DNA from: Ginkgo biloba
Taxonomy: Eukaryota > Plantae > Ginkgophyta
Assembly (NCBI GenBank): GCA_024626585.2
Contig: JANKJI020000002.1
Coordinates: forward strand, 35,902,840-35,937,731
Direction of reading: 5' to 3'
DNA length: 34,892 nucleotides
Part shown: piece by piece, positions 1-9,677 of the stretch
Numbering within the stretch: the first letter of the stretch is position 1
Layout: the number at the start of each line of letters is the position of its first letter
Program-made: the position numbers and the translations under genes
Notes under the pieces: model-generated
Databases searched by the model: none
Told to the model about the DNA's origin: nothing
The model's input: only the letters and a program-made list of their open reading frames with translations

Positions 1-732
1 AGATAAGATTTACTTGGCTTTTCTCGGTTGTAACATTTGGCATTTCTGTTGCGAGTTCAATTTTTATCTTAATGTTTGTTGAATTACCAATTTTATTGTT
101 GGATAAATATAAAATTTTAAGTGACAACAAATTTTAGACTTTAGATTTCAAAACATAACTAAGAGCGTAACACTTCAAACAGAGAAACATTTCACTAAGA
201 AAGATATGGCATGAAACTAGAAAAAGAAATAGCAAAAAGGTTTGTCTATTGACTTCATCTTTTGGCTTAACGATTACTTTTAGTCTCTTGGTTTTTGTTT
301 CTCTTTTGGCTAACTAGGCACTCTATTTAGTGCAATTATTTGTAATTTGAAGGACCTTTTGAAGCTTGGAAAGGTAAAATCTCACCCACTCCAAATTTTG
401 CATCTTTGATGCTGGACGTTGTTGCCTAAGGGTGATGTCTCACCATAGAGATTGATTTCACACTATAGGTATGTTATTGAAGCTCCAAAATTGCCAGAAG
501 GGTGATGTAGGCCCTCCTACAACACTATGTTTTCTAGAATGTAGTTGTTTGGACACGATGTGAGGTTGATTTATAGAGTGCTCCACTTGCAAATTCAGTT
601 ACTAGACATTTTCATCCATGGCTACACTTATTACCATGAGGTAATGTGTTTTGACTAAGTCCCCTAAACTAGTNNNNNNNNNNNNNNNNNNNNNNNNNNN
701 NNNNNNNAAGAATTTATTTTTAGGATGCTTTG

Positions 733-805
733 AATTAATATAAACTACTTGCAAAAATTAATATAAATTGTTTATGCAAAAAATTAATGTAAATAGTTTG
801 CATAA
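733..805. repeat. Degenerate AT-rich minisatellite, about 3 copies of a 23-26 bp unit (AATTAATRTAAA...TGCAWAA)
   Basis: Units seen directly at 733, 756 and 782. Confidence 0.6.
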
Positions 806-1171
806 AGTAATATATGTAGATAGTGTTGTATTTTATGCATGGTTGGCACATATGGAGTAGCAAATCTCATTCTGGAGATAGATGATGGTTTAAATGCTAT
901 CTATGGTGTGTGGAATCATGAATCAATGTAAGAAACTCTTCCTTTACCATGTAGATGTGATTGATCCTCACATATGCTAAAACCCTAGGTCTTGAGTCCA
1001 AGGGTAGCATGGCTAGTACAACTGTTATCCACTAGGGGATAGTATGACATGTTTATCCCTAATATTTAGATGCATTTATGGGCTAAAATTGGCAATGGGT
1101 TGAAGTATACTTGGAGTTGAGGGTTGTCATGTTGAAAAGATACCCTATAGTTTGTTATCCCTTATGGTTAG

Positions 1172-1223
1172 TTGTATGGCTATTAGGTCGAGAGGATATC
1201 CCTTTATTCTATTAGCCATACAA
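1172..1223. repeat. Inverted repeat / hairpin with 15-bp arms
   Basis: TTGTATGGCTATTAG (1172-1186) matches the reverse complement of CTATTAGCCATACAA (1209-1223) at 14/15; the 22-nt interior is partly self-complementary around GGATATCC. Confidence 0.7.
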
Positions 1224-1518
1224 GTTGAAATAGACCCTAATGGCTATTGTGTTGAAGGCATATGCATTGATTTATCGATCATAATAACAATAATTACCAT
1301 AAATAAATAATTGTTAGTTAAGGTTGGAACCCTAACTTAGGGTGTTCCTGGTGTCGAAAAGGGGTTGAAACGATCCTTATGGCTTGGTACCCTTATTGAT
1401 GTTGGGTTGAGGAGTCGANNNNNNNNNNNNNNNNNNNNNNNNNNNNNNNNNNNNNNNNNNNNNNNNNNNNNNNNNNNNNNNNNNNNNNNNNNNNNNNNNN
1501 NNNNNNNNNNNNNNNNNN

Positions 1519-1609
1519 TTTCAAAACCCTAAAATTTGCCGCTCCCTCGTATCTCGAAATTTTGAAAATTGTTGTTTCCCGCTCCCGCTCCCGTTTCCTG
1601 GTAACTTCG
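1519..1609. mobile_element. Probable terminus of a non-autonomous DNA transposon (hAT/MITE-like)
   Basis: CpG-rich patch with reiterated CCCGCT/CCCGTT hexamers ending in TTTCCTGGTAACTTCG, resembling subterminal repeats plus a terminal inverted repeat (TIR) of plant hAT-type elements as I recall them. The other end is not visible (gap to the left). Confidence 0.35.
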
Positions 1610-2460
1610 ATTTTATCTTCCCCTGGTTGGGTACTATGGATATTGTGTTGTCTGAAACACTTTTATTTTATATGTTCTTCTTGATGCTTTATATCAAGTT
1701 TCTTAAACTAACCCAGGTCTTTTGCTACTCCAAATAGCTAGATTAAATTGTTGAGGGAAATAGTTTCTTTTGTATACAAGGTCAATCCTATGTTACTTTC
1801 CTAAATGTCATACATTTTTAGTGCCATTTTTAGTCATGATGTTTTCAAGATTTTTATACAATTGAGATTATTTTTCAAGATTCTTATAGATTTGGATTCT
1901 TTGTCCCTAGTGTAAATTTACATATTACATTTATGTTAATATTATTTTGGTCTTTATGAATTTTGATGTGATTCAAATCCAATAAAATTAATATCAGTCA
2001 ACACTCACTATTTCACATTGCATGGATCTTTGTTTCAAAAATTTCTTGCATGGACCTTCCAAAATTTTTTTACTAACGATAGCTTTACCTCGATGGCATC
2101 TATTGAGCATGCTAGCTCCAATGTTAGTCAGTACCTCCTAATAAACCATGTACCATCATGTGGTCAACCTTGAGATCAAACCCATGCATGCGTAAAAAAC
2201 ATAAATCAATACTTGGACTCTTATGTGCCATTTATACTTTTAGAAGCTCATNNNNNNNNNNGAAGATCCCTAAATTCAACTTTTACTATATTATTTATTT
2301 GACCAAAGATGCGGAGATTGTCTTTTATGAGGAATGTCCTTTTAGATTTTGACCTTTTTTTTGACACAAAAACCAAATCATATATTGTAATATGCAAAAA
2401 GAGTACATCGAGTGTTCTAGTGAGATTTATATCCACCTTATAGAAGTTGACTACAAAGGA

Positions 2461-2752
2461 AGTAGTGGGATCTTCAAAGCATACCCTTGTGGCATTTAAC
2501 TTTCAAGTACCTCTATCTATTTTTGATCTTGCGTAATCATATACAAAAATATCTTTCAATTTTTTTATCTCTATGCAGTATGTAGTATTGTTCAAAATTG
2601 GTCAAGTTACAATAGTAATGGAACTTTCAAAACTTTCCCTTGTTGCACTTAACCTCTAACTTTCACTATCCATTTTCAATCTTACATAAACACTTTTACA
2701 AATATCTTTCAATATTATCAACCTATGTAGTTCTATTTGAAATTGGTTGAAA
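2461..2752. repeat. Diverged tandem duplication, period about 153 bp, about 2 copies
   Basis: AGTAGTGGGATCTTCAAAGCATACCCTTGTGGCATTTAAC (2461) aligns with AGTAATGGAACTTTCAAAACTTTCCCTTGTTGCACTTAAC (2614); AAATATCTTTCAAT and TATGTAGT...AAATTGGT occur in both copies. Confidence 0.7.
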
Positions 2753-3094
2753 AGTGAAGAGAAAATATTCAAGTCTTTGATTTACTTCTCATTGATTTTT
2801 TCCTTGTTGCCCTTTCCTTTCCATGTTTGGGTCCCACCCCGAGTAGCACTATCTTCTTTCATGGGTTGCTTGATTCTCTATTGATTATTAGAGGAAGTGT
2901 TGTGTTGAGGCCTTCTTAGAGGCAAGGATTGGTTCTTGTGCAGAAGTTTGAAGACCCTTGCATGAGTTAAGACCCAATGAGTAATTGGTACAACNNNNNN
3001 NNNNNNNNNNNNNNNNNNNNNNNNNNNNNNNNNNNNNNNNNNNNNNNNNNNNNNNNNNNNNNNNNNNNNNNNNNNNNNNNNNNNNNNNNNNNNN

Positions 3095-3660
3095 ACTACA
3101 AATTTCCAAGTTATGAATCTAGATTAATATTGAGACTTTGGGAAAATGTTCACGTACACAGAGATCAACCACATCATTAACAAGGCATCCGGCCATCAGC
3201 AACATCATCTTATCTCATTAATGATATGGAGAGTATATGGGGGTTCATCGAAGAACGATGCCACTACATGCACGATGATGATGATACACAAAAAATTAGG
3301 GCACCTTTTATAGCCAAAGGGAACCCCTGTCCATGGCGGGGGGCGGTTGTTGGCAACGACTGACATACTGAATCAACAATTTCTGCCTCCTGAAAACTTA
3401 ACCAACTAATAAGAAAAATCTCCTAACTAATTGCCGAACAACTGTTGGGCTATATCCGAATGTCTGAGCAACATCTGAGCATCGTTTGGTTGATGCCGAT
3501 CATCGTGCAGTAGTCACTCACCAATGTCACTCATCCTATAGCAGCCAAAGTTTCTCCCAATTTATACAAACATATCGGGACTAACCACGTACAGAATAGC
3601 GACTGACATCTATGCCTTCTCCTGAATTTGACTGTCTTCCCCAAGCAAAGAAGAAGACTG
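3095..3660 (-). mobile_element. 3' end of a Ty3/Gypsy-like LTR element: ORF end, PPT and start of the 3' LTR
   Basis: The minus strand reads ...LLGEDSQIQEKA*, like the LLEDKQ.. tail of plant chromovirus pol. Purine-rich CAGGAGAAGGCATAGA (3624-3609) is followed at once by TG (3608-3607), and there is a minus-strand TATA-like CTATAAAA at 3313-3306. Confidence 0.4.
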
Positions 3661-4199
3661 AATAGGAGGGACAAATGATGGAGTTATTGCTGCATAAGAT
3701 TCTGCTACTGAAAATGTCGTTGCTAAAGATATTGCTGTTTGAACCTTCATCATAGGCACTGTGGTAACTAGAAGAACTGTAGGGCTGGAAACAAAAGGAA
3801 CAAGAATTGCCAATGTAGATGCAAGAACCGTAGTGAGTGGAACAGTGATTACTGAAGACGTATAACTTGGAACTGTCACTATCGGTGTTACCAGTCAGTG
3901 TAAGGGTCCTGCTGCTGACGAAGCTGATATCCCCACCCCTGCTCAAAGACTTACCTCTTTCTCCAATCGAGATGACTTGTTAACCATAATGTTGGCTGCC
4001 TAGGCAACCTTTGCTTGCTGTCGATGCCCCTTGGCCAATTTTTGTTCTTATCTTGTGACCTACTGCTAATGCTCTCTCAGCACCTGTTGCCCCTCAGTCT
4101 TCACTCTACAATGATGACTTACATTTCTTTTTAAACTAATTTCAAACCTATATTGAGCATCATTTTGACAAATAATACAACACATATTTCAAGAGTAAG

Positions 4200-4900
4200 C
4201 CACAATAACCTGAGCAAGTAGAAGTGTGAATAACTTATGCTCAAGGAATTATAAGGTGACTATTGAAGCGAACATTGAAACCAAAAGCATCTTCCTCTTG
4301 GTGCTAAATTTTTGTGGTTTCCTTCTTCCTCCAGCAACCTCAGGTGAAGAATTTGTCTAACATATCAGCACCTGCAAACTTGCACAACAAAATACACTCT
4401 CTTGGCACCTATTAAAGCATTAGCCTTCCAATTGAAGGTTGAAGTGTTTAACCAATAGAAACCTAGGTGTGGGACTGTTAGCTACGTGATAGTAATAGGC
4501 AGAAAATTATCCACCATAGGAAACCACCTTCAGGCTTATGAACAAGTTTCATGGCGCATGCTATGACACTCATTTGCATTGGCTGCCGTTCACACTGAAT
4601 TCTTTCTCAGGTAACCTTGCCTGACCACCTTGGGGTAGCACACAAGAATGCCAATTTGTAACAGTGGCAAGGGTTGGTTTGAGAACTACTTTAAAAACTA
4701 GGTGACAATAGTCCTGCAATTTGACACTGTCTCACCAACATTAAGTCCAAGATAGGACTCATACCAGCCAATGCTCACCATGAGTTTAGATTGGAATTTA
4801 ACTACCAATCACCTTGGTTAGTTGGAGTTTTTAAACCCCAATGACCCCTTTACCATCCAAAGACGCAGTAACACTGCCATTGTATGTCTGTCATTGCCAA
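4200..4900 (+). pseudogene. Possible highly decayed RT/RNase H of a Ty3/Gypsy-like element
   Basis: Weak motifs in the expected order: SSWC*IFVV (cf. SPWASPIFVV), *RICLTYQHLQ (cf. WRMCIDYRALN), PNDPFTIQ..SNTAI (cf. PFTIQTDAS..AIG). Spacing is too short and no YxDD is visible. Confidence 0.25.
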
Positions 4901-5340
4901 GGCCATACATGGGTACAAGAATTTCAATTGCTGGCTATCATGGGTTGTACTTACCAGATGCAAACATCTGGCAATCANNNNNNNNNNNNNNNNNNNNNNN
5001 NNNNNNNNNNNNNNNNNNNNNNNNNNNNNNNNNNNNNNNNNNNNNNNNNNNNNNNNNNNNNNNNNNNNNNNNNNNNNGCAATCAGATAGCCCTACTTGAG
5101 AAACATACATGCATATTCATCAACAATAGTTGTGGGCAATCAACATTAATTACCCCTGTGGGTACTGTTTCCTCATTTATTAGCCCCTATGATTGAGGGT
5201 ATTGATAAGGGTTTATATGGCTGAGTTTAGTTCTGATTGTTTCCAACAATAGTGTCAAATTCCAAGTCCTATTAGCATTTGGGCTCCAAAGCCCATATGA
5301 AATCGATTTCTAGCAACATATTGACATCTNNNNNNNNNNA

Positions 5341-5420
5341 CATTGGAAGGAAGCCAAGAGAATTCTCTGATATATCTAAGGAATGATCAATTATGGACTA
5401 AACTATGCAACAATGACTGA
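5341..5420 (+). pseudogene. Ty1/Copia RT C-terminal fragment
   Basis: Translates to HWKEAKRIL*YI*GMINYGLNY, matching the Copia consensus HWKAAKRILRYLKGT.NYGL.Y, with two in-frame stops. Confidence 0.7.
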
Positions 5421-7245
5421 AGGACACAAGTATGCATAGTATAGGGACATCAGTTACATTAGTAGGGCAGTAGTTGTCCTGGACCCTTAAGGATGGAATT
5501 GACACAGAATGACTAGATTTAGCTTCAAAATGATTGAAATTAATGTCTGTTGTGTTGCACTTTTTAAAAGCACAGCAATGTCGCTTCTTGTCCCTTTGTG
5601 AATCTACCATATATCCATTGTGTGTACTTTTGCCCAAGCTGAATTTACCTCAAAACAATGAAGCAACTTCAATAGGAGCCCAACAAACTCTATCGATGTG
5701 ATTTTTAGCCACTGCTTGATTGAATATGACTGATGGTCATACTATTCTTGCAATATACTGCATATTCATCCACCAATTCTTTATATTATTCAAAATGGCG
5801 ATTCAAACCCTGAAAATTCCAACGAACCCCCAAAAAGGGCACTTACAGTTGTAATAAGGCCAAGTAAGTCTAAATTAGGGCTCCAGGGCTCCATTATGCA
5901 AGTCATAGTAGATATATGGCGTAGCAAGCTTCCTTAAAGACTCACAGTTGTGTATCTGCTAAAATTTTGCTCCTACTACTGAATACCCTCTTCATGTCAT
6001 TGTTGCTGCATTTATGAAGTTATGAGGCTTTACTACTAAAATTTGTAGCTAAGAGAAAGATGCAAGAACTTGTTGTTGAGCCATTAAAAAAAGTTGTTGT
6101 GATTATGTTGTTTGTGTGAGTAGTTAGATTTTGATCTTATCTATTATTGTTGCCTTGGATTTATTTTGGTTTGTGTGAATTAGTATGAAGATTTGAGATA
6201 TGAGTAAGACAACACCAAGAAATGGAGACCTGAGAACATAATTTACTCAATGGAGAGGACACGAACACGCTCTTTGATAAAGGTGAAAGTACTACACCTT
6301 CAAAAGCAATGCAGAAAGAATGTGAAGTAGACCAAGAGAAGTAGCAAGCAGTAAAAGATCATATTGTCAAGCAAGTTTTCGGTGCTTATTTTTCCCATCA
6401 ATTGCTAATGACATCAAATATTGTTATCAATATTTGAGGGAGAGATATGGAGCAAGGTTCTAGATGCGAAAGTTTAGGGAGAGGAGTAAGGTCAGGAGCA
6501 GGCGACTCCAAGGGAGGAGGGGCGGGACTTGCAGTTGTTGAGGAAGGCCCGCGCAAGGACTGGGAGCGTAAGCAAAGGAGCCCGCGCGGGCAGTGAGGCT
6601 CGCGCGGGTGTAGGAGGCCCAGAGGGTGGAGGGGGTGAAGCGGGGGAAGGTAGGAAAGATCGGGTGGAGCCCACGGGTGGTCTAGTGCGGGGCACTATAG
6701 CCCACGCGGGGGATATTGAAGGCTTGGGGGAGCTCAACGTGGGCATGGCTCCCCCCTTTGGAGTGTCGGCCCAGGAGGAAATTGCAGGGGGAGTCGTAGG
6801 ATTTTCTTCTTCTCCCCAGAAGCAGATGGACCTGAAAATGACAAACTCGGCTCTGGTTGGAGTATGCCAGCCAATGCAGGGAATGGAGCAAGGGGCTACA
6901 ATATTTTTGGGTGCAAGAGCACAAGCAGAGACTGAGGCAATCACTCGGGACGGTCCCTAGGTTCTTGGGATAATGAGCTCGTGTTCCCATGGGCAAGATG
7001 AAGATAGAGGAAGAAATAGTGTGAGCACGGTATACCGAAGAAGGAGTCAATCTCGAGATCGTGCTCCAGAGGATTTCATTCCATTAAACTGTACAGAAGG
7101 AGATGGCTCTATGCGAACTGCTGTGCATTCTTTGAATGCTAAGTTCACGAATCTTGGGTTTTCGAGCATTCAAAAACCCAGGGAGGACTGGCCACCTTTG
7201 ACCCCAGTAGGGAATAATGCAACTGAAGAAATGGAGGAGGAATAG

Positions 7246-8544
7246 ATGGGTATGGACAATTTGTCCAAAGGTGCCAACTCACATTCGTCAGACAACCTTC
7301 ACGCAAGAGCTCCAGAACCAGTGATAGTGGGCCCAGACATAGCGATGGGGGAGGGTGTGAATTTGGAACCATCACCTGATGCGAATTCTCAAGGTAAGGA
7401 CATTAATGCTAATCCTGATATGGATGATTTCAATTTTTCTCTAACAGACAACAAAGAATACTTTGAAGGGCGTATGCACCTGGAAACAAGAGGGGTGATC
7501 TTGTATTTTCTGCAAAGGATGCCAGATGAGGAGGCTTTCAATAGGTGGTGTGTTTTGAATTGGGAGGCAAAAGGGATTTCACTGAACTCCTACTGGGGCC
7601 TTGGCTCTAAATATGTATGCCTCTTATTCAACTCTGACTTAGCTACACGACATGTTTTGCAATACGGCACATGGAACATAGTAGGGTCACTGGCCTATGT
7701 GCAATCATGGCGGGCAGATTTTAATCCAGAGGACCGCGGGCAAGCTAATTATCCACTTTGGATAGAGTTTCCTGCTTTGCCTGCAGATATGCGACCGTTT
7801 GTCGACCTGTTTGCCCACAGATTTGGCAAAGTGTTGATTCCAGATGGTCGAAGGAATTCTTTTAGAGCAAATCCGAGAGTTTGTGTCGAGGTTGATCTAA
7901 AACGGAAACTCCCCCCATTCATATCAGTTTGCACTCTGGAAGGAATAAGGCAACAAAAGGTTCGCTACCTGAATCTACCCAATGCCTGCTTTGCATGCCA
8001 GGCCCAAGATCATCTAATCAGAGACTGTCCTCTTCGTAGGCCTAAGCAGGGGGAGACATCAGGTCAAGGTGCAGGTACAGGTTCAGTTGCAGGTACAGGT
8101 GCAGGTGCAGGTACAGGTGGTTCCTCAGTAGCTTCAGGGCAGGGTATTCGGGCTAGAAGCCCAGTGGCTAACACTGGTGGAGCTTCCCCCTCTGGAGTCT
8201 CTGGGGGAGCGCTCCCCAAGGGAGTGACTGGCTCGGTTACGCAGTCTAAATTGCAAGAGAGTCCTTTGATGGGGGCTCAGACACAGTATACCTCACAGGT
8301 TATAGCTGAAGCGGGCTCTGGACCCAGCTTTATGGAGGTGGAGGCAGGGTGGCAGGTGAAATCCAATAAGAGGAAGGTTTCCTCCCCTTCTAGACCTGAG
8401 AAGGGAGTCGGAAACCTTAGTCCCAGGCCGAAAGCAAAGTCCTACAAGGAGGCGATGGTCAAATCCCCAGATCGTCGTAGCCCAAGTGAGGATTTGGAGT
8501 TGGATAACAGGTACAACGCTTTAGGGCCGCACTTTTCTGAATGA
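7246..8544 (+). CDS. LINE ORF1 protein: DUF4283-like region plus CX2CX4HX4C zinc knuckle, with a low-complexity G/S-rich C-terminus
   Basis: 432-aa open frame containing ..VQSWRADFNP..YPLWIEFPALP..FGKVL..RVCVEVDLKRKLP..QKVRYLNLPNA and the knuckle CFACQAQDHLIRDC (7987-8028), then GWQVK..KRK and NRYNAL, all typical of plant L1 ORF1. The true start may lie further upstream. Confidence 0.9.
   Translation: MGMDNLSKGANSHSSDNLHARAPEPVIVGPDIAMGEGVNLEPSPDANSQGKDINANPDMDDFNFSLTDNKEYFEGRMHLETRGVILYFLQRMPDEEAFNRWCVLNWEAKGISLNSYWGLGSKYVCLLFNSDLATRHVLQYGTWNIVGSLAYVQSWRADFNPEDRGQANYPLWIEFPALPADMRPFVDLFAHRFGKVLIPDGRRNSFRANPRVCVEVDLKRKLPPFISVCTLEGIRQQKVRYLNLPNACFACQAQDHLIRDCPLRRPKQGETSGQGAGTGSVAGTGAGAGTGGSSVASGQGIRARSPVANTGGASPSGVSGGALPKGVTGSVTQSKLQESPLMGAQTQYTSQVIAEAGSGPSFMEVEAGWQVKSNKRKVSSPSRPEKGVGNLSPRPKAKSYKEAMVKSPDRRSPSEDLELDNRYNALGPHFSE
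8068..8118 (+). repeat. Coding hexamer repeat (GGTRCA)n encoding a GAGT-type Gly-rich linker in ORF1
   Basis: GGTGCA/GGTACA/GGTTCA units seen directly; protein GAGTGSVAGTGAGAGTG. Confidence 0.85.
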
Positions 8545-9124
8545 AGCTCTCGATACTTTCATGGAATGTGAGAGGGATGACGATCCCCGGTAGGAAACAG
8601 GTGGTTCGCAATCTGTTGCAGCGACTTCGACCTGATGTAGTTTTTCTGCAAGAGGTCAAGTCTGCAGGCTTTGAACTTCGGAACAGGATGAATTATTGTT
8701 GGAATGGTCCCTTTTGGACCTCTGATCATAGGCAAGGTAGTGGCGGAGTGGTGTTGGCACTCTCTCCTACTTTGCAAAGTTTTGTTGTTGCCCATGGAGT
8801 GGACCCGGATGATCGTTGTACATGGGTCACTCTTTTGATTCAGGACAGGGTGGTGGGCTTCTGCTCTGTGTACGCCCCAAACCTCAGTTCGGATCGATGC
8901 AGGCTTTGGAACTGGATGGCTTCCTCCCTTCCGACTGCGGACTGGATTCTGGGTGGAGATTTTAATATGGTTGAGTGGGAGGGGGACCGAGGTGGAGGAG
9001 CAGGTTCAGTAGTCTCTGGTGCAGAAAAGCAAGCTTGGGCAAGTTGCAAAGCTTCGCTTCAGATCTCTGACCCCAATTGGGGGCAAAAGGGAGCTGATTT
9101 TGGAGGATGGTTCACTTGGAATAA
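8541..9124 (+). CDS. LINE ORF2 N-terminus: APE-type (exo/endo/phosphatase) endonuclease, partial (runs into gap)
   Basis: Motifs SWNVRG, VVFLQE, SGGV, SVYAPN, WILGGDFN and FTWN in canonical order with no stops; the ATG overlaps the ORF1 TGA (ATGA at 8541-8544). Confidence 0.93.
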
Positions 9125-9677
9125 NNNNNNNNNNNNNNNNNNNNNNNNNNNNNNNNNNNNNNNNNNNNNNNNNNNNNNNNNNNNNNNNNNNNNNNNNNNN
9201 NNNNNNNNNNNNNNNNNNNNNNNNATAATAGGAGATTCTGTTGAGATGTAGCTTCACAGATGCTGTATTGTCCTAGGAAAAAGAAATGGTAAAAACAAAG
9301 TATAAATAATAGCTTTACATAGCCACCTTCTAAAGTTTTGGTGCCCAGCAAGTATAGTCAGAAAAAAGAGAGAAATATACAAACTAAACAGAGGGATTTC
9401 TATTTGGTTGGCACTTGAAGAGTTGAATGTAATTTTAAAATGTTCCAGTTGTGAAAATACATATCTTTTTTTGTAAATAGAATACATAAAGCAATTTAAT
9501 GATTTATTCAATAATTTCTCTGAGATAATCTGTGCTTTATTTTACCTGGAATATTTAGAAATGTTTTAAAAATATTGGTCAGTGTATTAATTACTGCATC
9601 ACAACTGTAGTATATCTTCTAGCTCTAGAGTGGAGCATCTTGTAATGGGTATGCATGTTTTTCTGTTATTTGAACAG

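Larger units (their letters stand above)
6440..9124 (+). mobile_element. L1-clade non-LTR retrotransposon (LINE), 5' portion, comparatively young; cut off by an assembly gap
   Basis: Abrupt shift to GC- and CpG-rich sequence near 6440; intact ORF1 and the start of ORF2 (see below). The 5' boundary is approximate and no target-site duplication (TSD) or poly(A) is visible. Confidence 0.93.

Noticed and set aside
5420-6300. Possible hAT transposase dimerisation-domain remnant (NWWM..QYIARIV on the minus strand)
   Set aside because: Only a WW-like hint; the CERNWS/SERxFS motif is not recoverable.
6492-6944. 150-aa antisense ORF in the L1 5' region, reminiscent of primate L1 ORF0
   Set aside because: No ATG at its tracked start, and the Pro/Ala/Ser-rich product is what the reverse strand of GC-rich low-complexity sequence gives by chance.
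6958-7248. Programmed stop-codon readthrough at the two in-frame TAGs
   Set aside because: Neither TAG is followed by the CARYYA readthrough context (GTTCTT and ATGGGT), and I see no obvious downstream structure.
9125-9251. Apparent ORF2 C-terminus (IIGDSVEM*) and an apparently 3'-truncated L1
   Set aside because: Artefact of translating through a 100-N gap; the RT domain is probably in the unsized gap, so truncation cannot be claimed.
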